Source of the DNA: Stylophora pistillata | Taxonomy: Eukaryota | Assembly (NCBI RefSeq): GCF_002571385.2 | Contig: NW_019217810.1 | Coordinates: forward strand, 35,052 to 99,051 | Direction of reading: 5' to 3' | DNA: 64,000 nt | In this document: positions 23,765 to 36,438 of the stretch, piece after piece | How the letters are laid out: every line of letters begins with the position of its first letter | Position numbering within the stretch: the stretch's first letter is position 1 | Position numbers and translations under genes: made by a program | Notes under the pieces: generated by a model | What the model saw: the letters and a program-made list of their open reading frames with translations, nothing else | The model's database searches: none | Told to the model about the DNA's origin: nothing

Positions 23765-23890
23765 AACAGCCCGGCTTATTTAACAGCCCGGCTTATTTAA
23801 CAGCTCGGCTTATTTAACAGCCCGGCTTATTTAACAGCCCGGCTTATTTAACAGCCCGGCTTATTTAACAGCCCGGCTTATTTAACAGCC
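23765..23890. repeat. Minisatellite, 17-bp unit aacagcccggcttattt x7.4
   Basis: Seven contiguous units with a single substitution and no spacers. Confidence 0.95.
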
Positions 23891-24468
23891 AGGTAAGAAG
23901 ATCCAAGGATCTTATTGTCATTTTCTCTCGTAATTTTCGAGGGATTTTGGCCTAATGTAAAATATAGAACAAACTTGCTTCATAAACTTATCTCACCTAT
24001 TTTTCTGTAAAATACTTCTTTGTTTTACTTGAAGGCTACAACGCTTTCTTCTCAAAACGAACAACCTTTAGACCTCGTCGTCTTCCTCTTTCAATAAGTT
24101 TTTTCATGTCGTTTTGTCTTTATTTTTGTTTATTTGTGTTTATGTTTGTTTCCTTTTCTTTTCAGACTTAACTCTTGGCGACAGGTGTGAAAAATTTTCC
24201 GACATCAAAGAAGTATTCCACGTGATAAAGTCTGGTCGACCACATCTTGCTGTCGTGCATGTCTAAAAGAAAAACAAAAAAAATGAAAAACAGAAAATGA
24301 GAAAATGAAAAACAAAACAGGATGAGGACTTGATATTTCCACATTCACTCGAGAATAAAAGGAAGTTATCTTGTTGATACAAAGAATATCCTTTCGTAGA
24401 GAAGATCTGGAACTTAAAATGTCTAGGTAAGGTGTGCGGAGGTGTTTGAGATTCCAGCATTTTTTCGA

Positions 24469-24635
24469 TTAACCCTTTAATTCCGAAGGGCGCTTTGCAT
24501 CTAATTTCTCCTTGCAACAACACCCCCGAATCACAGATTAAAGTCCCGAGAATTAAGGAAATGATCTCCAACTAGAAAAGCTCTTGATTTTTAAACAAAT
24601 TCATCTTGTCAGCACCTTAGGGATTCTATGGAGAC
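24469..24635. mobile_element. TTAA-CCC (piggyBac-type) MITE fragment
   Basis: Starts ttaaccctttaa; body resembles the copies at 36235 and 62414. Confidence 0.65.
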
Positions 24636-25151
24636 TCAGCAGTAATGCACCCACCATGTAGGCCGCGAAAAATGATAAGCGCCTGGCCTCGAATAAACGC
24701 CCCCATACCTCCGATTTAACCTCAGTCACTAGGGGACTGAAACTGACTTAGCGCTACTGAGAGGCTTCCCCAAAAAGAAACTTTTCCTAATAGTATTTTA
24801 AAGGAACTTTCAATTAACAGTGAAAATTCTGCTTCGGTACAATTTCACGTTTTTACTGTTTCGTCGAAGAGAAAATAAAGATGAAATGAATGGAAGGAAG
24901 ATAGTAATCTCGAAAGGACTCCGGGCGCGTTCACTAAAACTCTATTGATAGTACACCATTTTAACGGAGTGTACAACTGAGAAAAAGATTTTTGTACCTC
25001 ATTGGAATTACTTCTCTCATTGTTTATGTCCTGTAGTTCTACTTTATTAGCATGGATCCGACATGGGTTTATGGCAATTGTCGCTTAAGATAAGCAGCTG
25101 CGGTAATTTCATGGGCAATGCTTTTGAGGTCACCGTGAAAATTGCAATTAA

Positions 25152-25283
25152 GGCCCTGATTACACGAGCCGAGCTGGCTCGGTTAGCCGTGCTGATTTAT
25201 TTTGTTTTCACGCTTTGGCGAACACCAAAACAAAAGAAATCAGCCCGGCTATCAGGGCCAGCCCGGCTCCTGTAATCAGGCCC
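25152..25283. mobile_element. PIF/Harbinger-type MITE
   Basis: TIRs ggccctgattaca / tgtaatcaggccc flanked by TAA on both sides. Confidence 0.8.
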
Positions 25284-28200
25284 TAACTTTGCACAGCTGT
25301 ACAGATTCGGTGATCCTTGTACGTGACAATTTTTAGCAACCGCTCTTATGCTGCTAACTACAAGAACCCCCGGACGAGATTTGCAGGAAAGAGAATAATA
25401 AAACGAAATTGGTGAGAAAAAAAACAACCTTGTTAACATAGAACCCACAATTTCCATTTCCTACGTGACGGCAAGATAATCGTGGTTCAACGAGCCTGCA
25501 CTTCACTTCCGTTGTTTACTTCACGTTTACACTTTAACAAGCTTTACAATCTCAATTACAATTCACTTTGAAAACAAATATCTTGGTGTTTAGAAAATTA
25601 TGTCACTTATTTTGAATCCCCTTAGGCAGTTTGCATGTTGTTTTCTTAGTATCGGATAAACTCGATCGGATCTGTTACCCCTCAATGCTGAGAAACTTCG
25701 AAATATTGTTTGTAGCTATTGTGCAGCGATTACAAAATCATTTAGCGTATTAAAGTTTGATTGCGACCACTTATGATCACACAGGTACAACGAATTGTTT
25801 GAAGTTTATCATATACGAGAAAACAGTTAGTTAAGCTTTCAGGAAACTTTTCACACCGATGTTGGAAGCAGTAATTAATTACAGCTAACGAGTAAATGCC
25901 TTGCCGAGTTATTTTAAGAGATATGTCTCTTTTTACATCCTGTGTTATTCCATTCTCTTAAACCAAACCATGGACCCAACAATTCATCTTTCAAAACAAT
26001 CGAGTCGCTTTCTTTTCACGTCCTTGATGCAGATTTGTGACGTAAAAAAGGTTAAAACGAGCCCGTGGAAAATTTTAATGTGTCACGTTTTGGAGAAGAA
26101 AGGACAACGCGACTCGAGGACTGGAGACATGGGTGTAGATAAATTCAAGTCTGTCGCAACAGCTTGTGAAAAGGAGCGTCAAACACTTTTAAGTGCGACC
26201 ATGTAAAATAAAACACAAAATTTTCCATTTTAGTGACATTTCAAAAAATCCATTTTGAAGTCTCCTGTGGAAAACTAACTCATTGATGATTCTTTATTGC
26301 ATTCTTTCACGTAATCAGTGTGCAAAAATAGTAAGGGAGTATCTAACATGTGGGAAGACAGTGACTCAATATCTTTAATTCGTTTTTTTAAGCCTAGCTG
26401 TACAAGCGTAAGCCGAAAAAAGCCAACACGCTTAAGTATTAAGAAGGGAAATCCTGTGTACATACCTCGAAATTTTTGCAAGAAAATTAGCATGCAAACA
26501 GAAGCACTTACTACCCATTTATCGGATTTACCATCCCCTGGATTAAACATCATTTTGCGAGGAGAAACCAAAATAGCTCCCACTAAAAGAAATTCAGGGT
26601 TTGTCATTGTTTTAGATGTCTAGGAATCTTCTTAATTAACGACCTATTATGATGCAAGCTTCATATTGCAGCACAACAACGATTAAAAGGCGCCTGAAGT
26701 CTGACACTTGTCCAGAGCGGTGTAAAAGTGCACTATCAGAAATGTCTGTATGTAATACTTTGAGGTTCCATTTTGTTTGATCGATAAACAGTAAAGGAAA
26801 ACATTTGAAGCTCAGCTTGCACAAGTGGTCGACCCCACTGGTATCGTTCCGTCAGATAAGTTTTTCGAAGAGCTTTGCGTAATGAAACACTCGTAATATT
26901 TTGGTTTCGTATCGTGCAAAACGTGACTACTTCAAGACACAAAATATATTGAGAATAACATCCTCTTAGTTATACTACAAAGGCGGTTGAGCTGCCTTTA
27001 TGTTTATTTTGGGAGCACTTGTGATCGATGAATTATCTTTTCGGATCAGCCAACCTCACTGCTGACAGAAACAAAGGTGCCTTTTGATGTTAACGTTCGA
27101 AGTTGGTGAAGTGTTTCATAAATAAACAGTTGTGCGGACATCGTAGGCAAAGGAATTCAAAATTTAATCACACAATAATGGTGCAAATAAGGAAATAAAG
27201 ACTTCCAGAGAGAATTTGTTAATTTTTGATGGGTATGATTTCGCTGGTCAATTCTCCTATAAGACGATAGAATGTAAAGTCTTAAACCCCAAACCCAGCA
27301 ACAATGAGAAACATTATGAGTTGGTGCATCCGCTTGAACATATTTTGAGAAACAGTCGGGTTTTGATCGAGGTAATCGGGGTCTGAAAAGTGCATAAGTG
27401 CTGATTCAGGCGGCCCAGCTCCAGGCTTTTGGTAGATAAAAGGCATTCTTTCACAGGACCATGGAAAAACTATAAACGCAGTGTTTTTTAATCAAATTTG
27501 AACTGACAGATGTAAGGCCGAGGAAGCTTCTCAACCGGATTAGGCAGAAAATCATGCATTGATGATCACAGAATAAGAGAGACCTGAGTTCCAGTCGGCG
27601 CAACCTTTGTGAAAAATTGTTTTAAAGTCTTTAAAGAGTTTAATTATCTGTATAAAAGAAAACTCTGAGTTTAAATGAAGAAACATGAAATAACACACTG
27701 CTTCTATGAAAAAGAGAAAACGGAAGCAGAAAATTCGTACAACTTTCAAAGTGCCAAGGGTAATATGAGTGGCTATGGCAACCGCTTTAAGTACATTAGA
27801 TTTTCCAAAGCAAGGCCCCTATCTACGTGATGTTTTGACTAATCCAAGAAGAAGGAACTTCCTAGAAATGTGAACACAAGGAAGCTGATACGAACCTTCC
27901 GTTTCACGTTGCAACTTCCTTTCAAAATTCCCTCATAACACTTGAGTCAAACCTTCCGCTATGCTATGCATTTGTTGATCGGCTTGACACCTTTTACGGG
28001 TCATTTAGTCACGTTTTCGTTGCAACGCATCTGGAACCAGTGAAGATTTTGATTGAGATATTTTTTATTTACTTAGAACATTTTTGAAATTGAAAGAATT
28101 TTTGCGTATCTCAAACTGAAAATGAAACTTTTTATTCACGGTGCAAATATTAAATGAACGCCTCCTTTTCAAGTTTCTCCACTAACACTAATATATCTGG

Positions 28201-29205
28201 GCACAGGTTATACCAAACATTTGATTACCGAATGAAATGCTTTGATGTGCTTGCACCAAAACAAACTTGAAAATTTATAATTGATTTGACGTTGTGGTCA
28301 AATGTTTGCATTGCGTTTCTTTTGATGAAGGATTACTGCAGTTTCACCTCGTGACCTGCAAGGCGTAATATTGCTTTTCGAGAATTATTCCTCTTTCAAA
28401 AACACGCAAAGTCAATTCAAAAATCGACACTAATCTATCAACATTTCCTAAACGTCTTTGTTCTTCAAGTTCAATACCGTCTCAAGCGTTAAAAAGATCT
28501 GAATAAGCTTTCATGATCTATTCTTAGTTTGTTTGCGATCAAATGATGGCCAGATTGATTGTTCATCGGAAGTCAACGAACATCTTGAAGTATCTATTTG
28601 CTTTCGTTATCCTCTAGTGGGGTACTGTTTTCTTTCAAAACATTTTTCGTATATGATTACTACACTTGTTTTCCTAAATCCGAAGTGTTTACCTCGAATC
28701 CTGAGGCTTTTAGGGAGTTCCAAGGTAATTTGCAACACAAAAGGCTTTCTTTGTTAGAAAGAAAAACAATAAAAGCTGTTTGGACTTTGAAAAAAATTGA
28801 TCAATCGGTTTACATCGACTGTTGCGCTAGAGTGCTTTTTCCCACGAAAACATTTTTCAGAGGACAATGAAATCGATCATAACAAGTTAGAGTGCGAGGA
28901 CAAGAAAACGCACCATAAAGTTGCTAAATATGTTTCACTTCTGATTCATGCTACCAAAGAACTTTCATGTACATATACAGACTTCTTTAATTTCGAGGTG
29001 CGATACAAAACAATGCCGGCCAAAACAATTTGATACCTGTAGCGCGCGGCTGAGCTAGAACATTGAATGTAAACCAGCACGCCAAGTTTAAAGTACCGAA
29101 ACAATGTACAAGTCATGGGAGTGTGTCCGAAAAATACATATAATAAGAAAAAAAAAAACAAGTTTCTCAACAGCTTACTTACCGACAATAAAAAATATTT
29201 TCCTT

Positions 29206-30744
29206 TCAACACCAGCTGAATCGTCTCGAGTGAGAGTGTGTCAACCTGTCCTCAGTTAGCAGAAGTGGTTGGACTCGCGGGGTGCTGTCCACTTCATTGC
29301 GGTCAATGCAGGTGGCATCAAATTCTTCCGCCTTCAGTTCACTTTTCAAGTTCACTATTTTCGCTCGTAAACTGATAAATAAACTGACGAGGTCCCTGTC
29401 TGGTGTTTTTATACGCTTAAGTTCCTCAAGGATCCACTTTAGCGCTCTACTTAATTCGTCCAGCCTTTCTTTCTTACTTTTATACTTTCCCTCTTGCTGC
29501 AGCCTGCTGAGGAGCTGTCGAGCTTGTTCCAGTGCACTCTGCGTGCTGTAACCGGACAGTTTAGCTGTAGCGGCAGAATCATTAAACGAGCGTGCTGGAT
29601 TTAAAGTAGCGACTGAATATCTACGCGCGGGATGGTTTCCACTTGCGGGGTACGAATCCAACGATTGCACCGAGGAAAATCGTCGGATAGGCCTTGCGGT
29701 GTTCAAACTTGTGTGGCTGTCGTCCTTGAAAGGAGCCAAATCGCCGGATATCGGCTTAGCTATCAACGTGCCATCGACGGTACTATCGCTGTCAGACGAA
29801 GAGTGATACGAACTGTTCGATGAAAAAGATGCCTCACTGCTTATGTCGCTAAACACGTCCTCCATAGAGCGATCAACGTTTCCTTTAAAATCCTCCACCT
29901 GTAATCCTGGTCTTACTTTGCTGACTCCGTTGACTTTAGGTCCTTTAAAACCTTGCGCTTGTGCAACCAATTTCTTCCACTGGTCGTCGTCTTCGTTTCT
30001 GCTACAATCAGCACTTTCTGTATCCTTTACATCGCTATGACATCCTTTGTCAACATCACACCCTCCAGATTCTTCATTCGTACTATTTCGCGGCCTCGGC
30101 AACACAATGTTAACCTTCTTGAAACCTGAATACCCTGCGACGCTGTGAAAGTAACCATCAGAAAACCGGCGACGATTCAGAGAGGAGGCCCTGCTGATGG
30201 AATTATTTGCGGTAACTGAATTGGCCTTCGTGCTGTCGTCATCCGCGCAGTGTTCTTCCGAGACAGCGCTAAATATTGGAGCGCTTGTTTTCTCAGAGAA
30301 TCTAAGAAAACCGTCCGAGGCGCGTCTTCCATTGCGAGGCTTTGACCATTGTGATAGAAACGTTACATTAGAAGCGGGAGTGACACGTCGGGTCGGCTGC
30401 TCGTTAGTAATTTGAAATTGGGGTCGCACCACTGCCTGCGTATCCGTTTTCACTTCCCTATTTGTTGCGCTGTTCCTCGACAGTTCTCTTCTCTCGCTGT
30501 TGTAGAACCGATCTGGGTTTTCAATCCCTTCGACTCTTCTTGCGGTCGGAAAACCCTCCATTCGAACATCTCCAAGGGAGATAGAATGCCTGATCTTCAC
30601 TTGATTCCATCCGTTGTGTCGTTCTTGGTCGTGTGTCCCACTTACTTCCCACGTTTTGTACATCCCGTCGCTATCCGCAGTACTGTTCTGCCACAGCGTG
30701 TTTTTATACCTGGTCTCCTTCATGCTTGCCACTCCGCACAGCAT
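29206..30744 (-). CDS. Second FAM167-like (DUF3259) protein, 512 aa from the first ATG
   Basis: Long Ser-rich ORF containing LDELSRALKWILEELKRIKTPDRDLVSLFISLRAKIVNLK and the terminus SRRFSWC* (FAM167 ends SRRFSLC). The ORF-track start at 30783 is TTG; the first ATG is at 30744. Confidence 0.82.
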   Translation of the reverse strand: MLCGVASMKETRYKNTLWQNSTADSDGMYKTWEVSGTHDQERHNGWNQVKIRHSISLGDVRMEGFPTARRVEGIENPDRFYNSERRELSRNSATNREVKTDTQAVVRPQFQITNEQPTRRVTPASNVTFLSQWSKPRNGRRASDGFLRFSEKTSAPIFSAVSEEHCADDDSTKANSVTANNSISRASSLNRRRFSDGYFHSVAGYSGFKKVNIVLPRPRNSTNEESGGCDVDKGCHSDVKDTESADCSRNEDDDQWKKLVAQAQGFKGPKVNGVSKVRPGLQVEDFKGNVDRSMEDVFSDISSEASFSSNSSYHSSSDSDSTVDGTLIAKPISGDLAPFKDDSHTSLNTARPIRRFSSVQSLDSYPASGNHPARRYSVATLNPARSFNDSAATAKLSGYSTQSALEQARQLLSRLQQEGKYKSKKERLDELSRALKWILEELKRIKTPDRDLVSLFISLRAKIVNLKSELKAEEFDATCIDRNEVDSTPRVQPLLLTEDRLTHSHSRRFSWC

Positions 30745-33129
30745 TCTTTGAAAATCTGGCGCTTCACACACAAGTGAGAGCAAACACTTTGTGACGTGGT
30801 GTACTTCATAAAAAAGAGCATGTGATTATTCAAACGATACTAATTTCCTCCGCGTTGTTTTTTTAGTTATATTGAGCAACTGACCGCAAATTAGTCTAAT
30901 GTCTAGATTGTTCGCCTGTCGATCTCTTCATAGAGGAACATTCCACACGTACTGCAGCTTGGTAAATGCAATGATAAAGAGAATACTTCTGGCTGTTAGA
31001 TTTTGACAGCTTGAAAGTCATCCGCCTATTGTGAGTTAATAACTTTTGTATTTAGTAATAGGAGCAGCACGTAGTTCATGACCCTTGCGGAAACTCAGTT
31101 ACCCCCCTCCCCCAGGGAGACAAAATAGAAACAAAGAAACTTCGTTTTAAGATAATCACAATCACTGCGGGGTTTTTTTGACGCACCTGCAATACTGGTT
31201 ACTCGTCTTGAAGGCTGCAATATGCAAATAATCGAACAGTTTGTGTTTCATTCTGGACCAATATAGTTTTCATTTTCAGTGATAACCAAGTTGTCTCTAT
31301 CGGTTTGGGGTCAAATTGGTCGGTTTCTTTTATAACTAGTCAGCTTAGATACTGTGAAAATCATTTGACTCACAGGTCAAGATGTTTCTTTTAGCAATAA
31401 ATTGCAATCAATCACCAGAACAACTAAAAGACAATCTGTATTTAACTGGGCTCTTGAGCAATGGTCATAAACCAAAATTTCAAATATTTCAACCCAATAG
31501 GAAATAAAAAAATTTCGAATAAAACAGCTAAATAAATTCGAAATTGCTGAAATTCTTACGAAATCGCTAATCCGACAACAAATATGTTTGTCACCAGGAT
31601 CAGCACCACGAAAGATTCAAACACTGAGCGATTTTTAATTAAGTTTGCCTCTTTTGTTTTCGAAATATTGTAAATACAGAATAAAACTTTGCGAGGCATA
31701 ATTCGAATAATTTCCCCCAAAAAGCATTGGTTGAAAAGTCAGCATTTCTGACTTCCAGTTTCAAAGAATTTAAATACCAATTTTGAGTCATTCAAAATAA
31801 ACTAAGATAACTCGCCTGGCTTTACATACTTTTTCCAATTAAGTAATTATGAAGCCACATGGCATTAAGAAAATTAACAGTTCAAAAAAATTAACCCTTG
31901 TAGTTATTAATGTCATTTGACGTCAAATCGTTCGGCTCAGGGTTTCTCTATCGGGTGGAAAAGAATAGCATACTAAATGCTTCGATTCAAAAGCGGATAT
32001 CCGCCACTGCAAGTTTTGTATAGTGCACGCCTTTCTCAACAACAGACGGACCGTTTCGACAAAGGAATCTAAAACGTACGTCGTAATTTCAAAGAACATA
32101 AATAGAAGGCGTAATTAATTTAAACGACTTATTCAAAGAATTTTAAGAAATTCATAAATATCATGTATTTTTAAGTGTCCTAAGTCGATAAGTATGTTCT
32201 AATTTCAAAGCGATTTGTAGCTAATGAAGTCCTATTGCACAAGTTATCAAGAGTACTTGTCTGACGGGGGAATAGGGTGAAGAGAGGGTAAACTGGTACT
32301 TTTTCTGAGGGGAGGGGATGGAAGGATAAGTTTATATTCACAGAATTCCCATCGCTGCCACTATTCAATCAATCCGAACGAGGTGACAAACAAAAATGTT
32401 TGAACAGCCTCATTGCCAAAAACGGCTTTATCATAAAGTTCAAACTTATGGCTTGGAATGACTTCAAGAGCAAATAAATATTTGAGTACAAATCAAGACT
32501 GACCCGAAAGAATCGACGGACTTTTCGTGCAAAAGCGAGATATTAACTCTTAATTCGTTTTCAAAAACTTAAATATCGTGGATGAAGGAAATTGTGTCAC
32601 AATTGAGCAATGCTCTGCTTAGCACTTTATATTTGGGCTCTAGTTCGTCGTATAGAAGTCGAGACTGATGTAATATAAAGATCTTTGGCGTCACCGTTCC
32701 CATGTCGTGAGCCTCTTGAGGTCTCTGAATAGGACTGAATGATGATTCACTTAAACACTACTTTTCAAAAGCCTTAAAAAAATAGTTTTAGTCCAATACG
32801 AAACCGGTCAGTTACGTGCCAAAGGTCTTTGTTTCCTTCCATGATTGGACAATATACGAAAATCTAGTATCTTATGGTTGGCTTGTATCGAGGGTAGGAA
32901 TTACGCCGGCAATGGAATGGATCACAATGGTGAAACAAAAGATTTAATATAATAACTAGAACAATAGCTCTGCTCGAGCAGTTAAAAGCTTAAACATTGC
33001 ATAGTCGCCCTAGACGAAATATCAATGTAAAATCACAAACGTTTTTGTGTTCTGGGAATAGGAAACCCCGACGAATTATCCTTCGTTTTTCAGTTTAAAG
33101 TTTAACGCAGCGTCATGGTGTGATGAAGC

Positions 33130-33197
33130 TGAGGTCTGGGATCTTGAGAGAGGTCTGGGATCTTGAGGTCTGGGATCTTGAGGTCTGGGATCTTGAG
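33130..33197. repeat. 15-bp tandem repeat gaggtctgggatctt x4
   Basis: Directly visible. Confidence 0.9.
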
Positions 33198-35013
33198 AGA
33201 AAAAATAAATCCATTTATTTTATTGAAATTTTCTTCGGAGTTGCTCTCCCGATTGCTTATGTTCCCTTGTGCATCAAACAACCTATTATAAGAGTATACG
33301 GAACGAAAAATGTCTTCCAATGTTAAAAGTTAAACGGTATAGGGGGACTGACTATGCGTGGTTTAACTTACGTTTTACATGTTTGACATTCAATTATTTT
33401 ACAAGAGGAATATTTTAGTGAGTTTTAAAAGTTTGACTTGAAATCTTCAGCTATTTCATCATCAGCATGTTCATTCAGTTCTGGTGAGAGTCCTTTCAAC
33501 TCCACTAGTTTCACTTAAAGAACACTTAACTAAGCCGAAAGTCAACATCTTTGTGATATTTGTAAGTTTTCCTAAAACAATTCTCTTTTGTGATCAACTG
33601 CGATCAATTATATGGGCCTTGGTAAAGGCACATTTTCGCATGAAAGACTGAATAAAATTAGGGACAGCCAGGAATAGTCCATTTTCTATACACTGCTCCG
33701 AAAACGCATGGATATTTATCCTCTGTCGCCTCTAGTGAAGTTATTACAGGATCAAGTGAAACGATTCAAAACTTCCAAAGTTATTAAACAGTAAACCTTT
33801 ATCTTTATTCTTTAAGACTGATCGGTATACAATATCTTCCATAAATATTACATCATACCTATATTCTATTGTATTATTATCGTTTCACTATATTCGAATT
33901 GATTTAAGTCGATCGTCAATCTGAAAACTGCGGACGATTTCGGCCTAATAGTTTAATCGCTGTATTTCAGACTAACTACATTTAGACGGTCTAAGAAATT
34001 GTTATTATAGTGCCCTGAATATTCATGATCAGATGTGAGTGAAACAAAACCATCGACAATGCAACGTTTTACACAGTCTTGCAATTGCACCACAAAACGA
34101 AAAAAAAAAGAAAAAAAAAAAAAACCTAACAAGTTTTGGCTGAAGCTTCATTGCCAACACTTTGGTCCGTTCGTGCGCATTATAATTTTGAGGGTTAGTT
34201 GCACATGGTAACTTAATTGTTTACCAGGGGCATAGAGATTTGGAATTATACTAAACACGGTAGGTGGTAAGTTTATTTACAAGCAGTTTGGAGATCATTG
34301 CTAGTCTCTGGACCCGGAAACTTTCCGACTGGGCACTTTGGGGTTGAATCCTAAACGATATTATGAAGTAATTAATATCTCCGTACGCCTTTTTATATTC
34401 GTTTAAAATACAAAAACCTCGCTAACAGTTGCTTTATGTCTTGGAGCAATATTTTAGATTTCGACGATATTTCAAGATCTGACCAGTTTTGGTGTTAATG
34501 ATCGCATGGGTTCATTTACACATTGTTATTTAACAAATAAATATAAAACACACTGTGTTAAAAACTATTTACGTCATAAAAACGTGTAGAGAGCAGATAT
34601 GGCTTTCAGGGACTTAACGTACGGATGATGAAGCAATATATCTTTTTTCTTCTCGGTGTTTTGTGAATTGCTTGTAAAAAGATGACTCACAAACGACAGA
34701 ACATCGTTTTTTAGGCAAATTAACGTACTAAGCTTTAACCCCAAAAAATTATAGTAACTGAAATTGGTTAAGAGAGAATCACTACTATTTTAGAGCTTTT
34801 ACTTTGGGAGACAAGATAGCGAAAATGAAGGGTGGAAGGGGAGAGGGGAGCGAGGAGGATAGAGGGGTGGGGGACTATCGGAAAGGAGTAAAGGGAGTAC
34901 ATTACTAAAGAAACTGTGGTGCTACACGGAGGGGGGGGGGCATTACTTAAGGTTAGGGTTGCAGTTGATCGTTTACTAAGCGGCACCGTATAAGCGGTCA
35001 CCCGCCAAAGTCG

Positions 35014-35685
35014 NNNNNNNNNNNNNNNNNNNNNNNNNNNNNNNNNNNNNNNNNNNNNNNNNNNNNNNNNNNNNNNNNNNNNNNNNNNNNNNNNNNNNNN
35101 NNNNNNNNNNNNNNNNNNNNNNNNNNNNNNNNNNNNNNNNNNNNNNNNNNNNNNNNNNGGGAGAAGGAGAATGAGCGAGAGAATGGGAAAAAGAAGGAGC
35201 AGGAGAAGGAGAAGGAGAAGCAGAAGGATAAGCAGAGGGAGAAGGAGAATGAGAGAGAGAATAGGNNNNNNNNNNNNNNNNNNNNNNNNNNNNNNNNNNN
35301 NNNNNNNNNNNNNNNNNNNNNNNNNNNNNNNNNNNNNNNNNNNNNNNNNNNNNNNNNNNNNNNNNNNNNNNNNNNNNNNNNNNNNNNNNNNNNNNNNNNN
35401 NNNNNNNNNNNNNNNNNNNNNNNNNNNNNNCAGAGGGAGAAGGAGAATGAGAGAGAGAATAAGAGAANNNNNNNNNNNNNNNNNNNNNNNNNNNNNNNNN
35501 NNNNNNNNNNNNNNNNNNNNNNNNNNNNNNNNNNNNNNNNNNNNNNNNNNNNNNNNNNNNNNNNNNNNNNNNNNNNNNNNNNNNNNNNNNNNNNNNNNNN
35601 NNNNNNNNNNNNGAGAATTAGAGGGAGAAGGAGAAGCAGAAGGAAAGAGAGAAGCAGAAAAGGAGAAGCAGAAGGACAAGGAAAA
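35014..35685. repeat. GA-rich low-complexity tract with assembly gaps (N at 35014-35158, 35266-35430, 35468-35612)
   Basis: ggagaa/gcagaa hexamer-like repeats interrupted by N runs. Confidence 0.95.
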
Positions 35686-35856
35686 CAGATTTGTTTCGTC
35701 GACAGCCTCGGCCAAATTTCATTAGAATCGTCGCTTTTGACAAAATTTCCACAGACTGACAAATTTCGTCATATCCGTTAAAATCGTGACCAAATTTTCG
35801 TTATTACTGCATTTCAGGAACGTATGGTATGGCCCGGAACAGTACGGAGAATACGC

Positions 35857-35902
<46 letters not shown>

Positions 35903-35955
35903 AGCATTTGTAGTGCGCAAATTCCATGTGGATATGCTCAAATGTGCATTACAAC
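35857..35955 (-). repeat. (TAA)n microsatellite, probably the 3' tail of a retroposon
   Basis: About 15 TAA units abutting a short unique segment; a similar arrangement occurs at 38961-39070. Confidence 0.7.
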
Positions 35956-36234
35956 ATATCACTATTTAAATAGTTTAAAACTAAGAGAACAATAATAAAT
36001 AGGTTAGGATCACAATATATAGAATAATTAACATATAATATAAAATAAAGTAATTAATATTAGGCAGATTAATATTAATATTAATCTTAGGATGTAAAGG
36101 ATTACTTTAAGTTTGCAGTTATCGCACTAAACCGGCGGAGCTCTTCACTGCTCGTGTTATATTCCTGATATCTTAATTTCTTGTTGAATGAACTTTTTTT
36201 TATCCAGCGTTATTTTCTCCCTATATGTATTTGT

Positions 36235-36438
36235 TAACCCTTGCACTCCCAACAGTGACCAAGAAAAAATTTCTCCTCACAACATCAGTACAATATCAAG
36301 CAAACAAGTGATGAGAATAAAGAAATTAATCAAAAGGGGTTATTTGGTTGATCCAATACCAAATTCTCCAAACTTACTGGTGACAATTGTATGGCAGACA
36401 GTAACGAGAATTCCTAAGAGGATCTTGGAAGTGAAAAG
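36235..36438. mobile_element. TTAA-CCC (piggyBac-type) MITE
   Basis: ttaacccttgcactccc...ggaagtgaaaag; resembles the 24469 and 62414 copies. Confidence 0.7.

Noticed and set aside
23765-23890. CRISPR-like array
   Set aside because: Contiguous 17-bp units with no spacers, no cas genes and a eukaryotic context; it is a minisatellite.
34768-35907. Long ORFs of 315, 254 and 184 aa and a poly-Tyr ORF
   Set aside because: Artefacts of N gaps, GA-rich repeats and a (TAA)n run.
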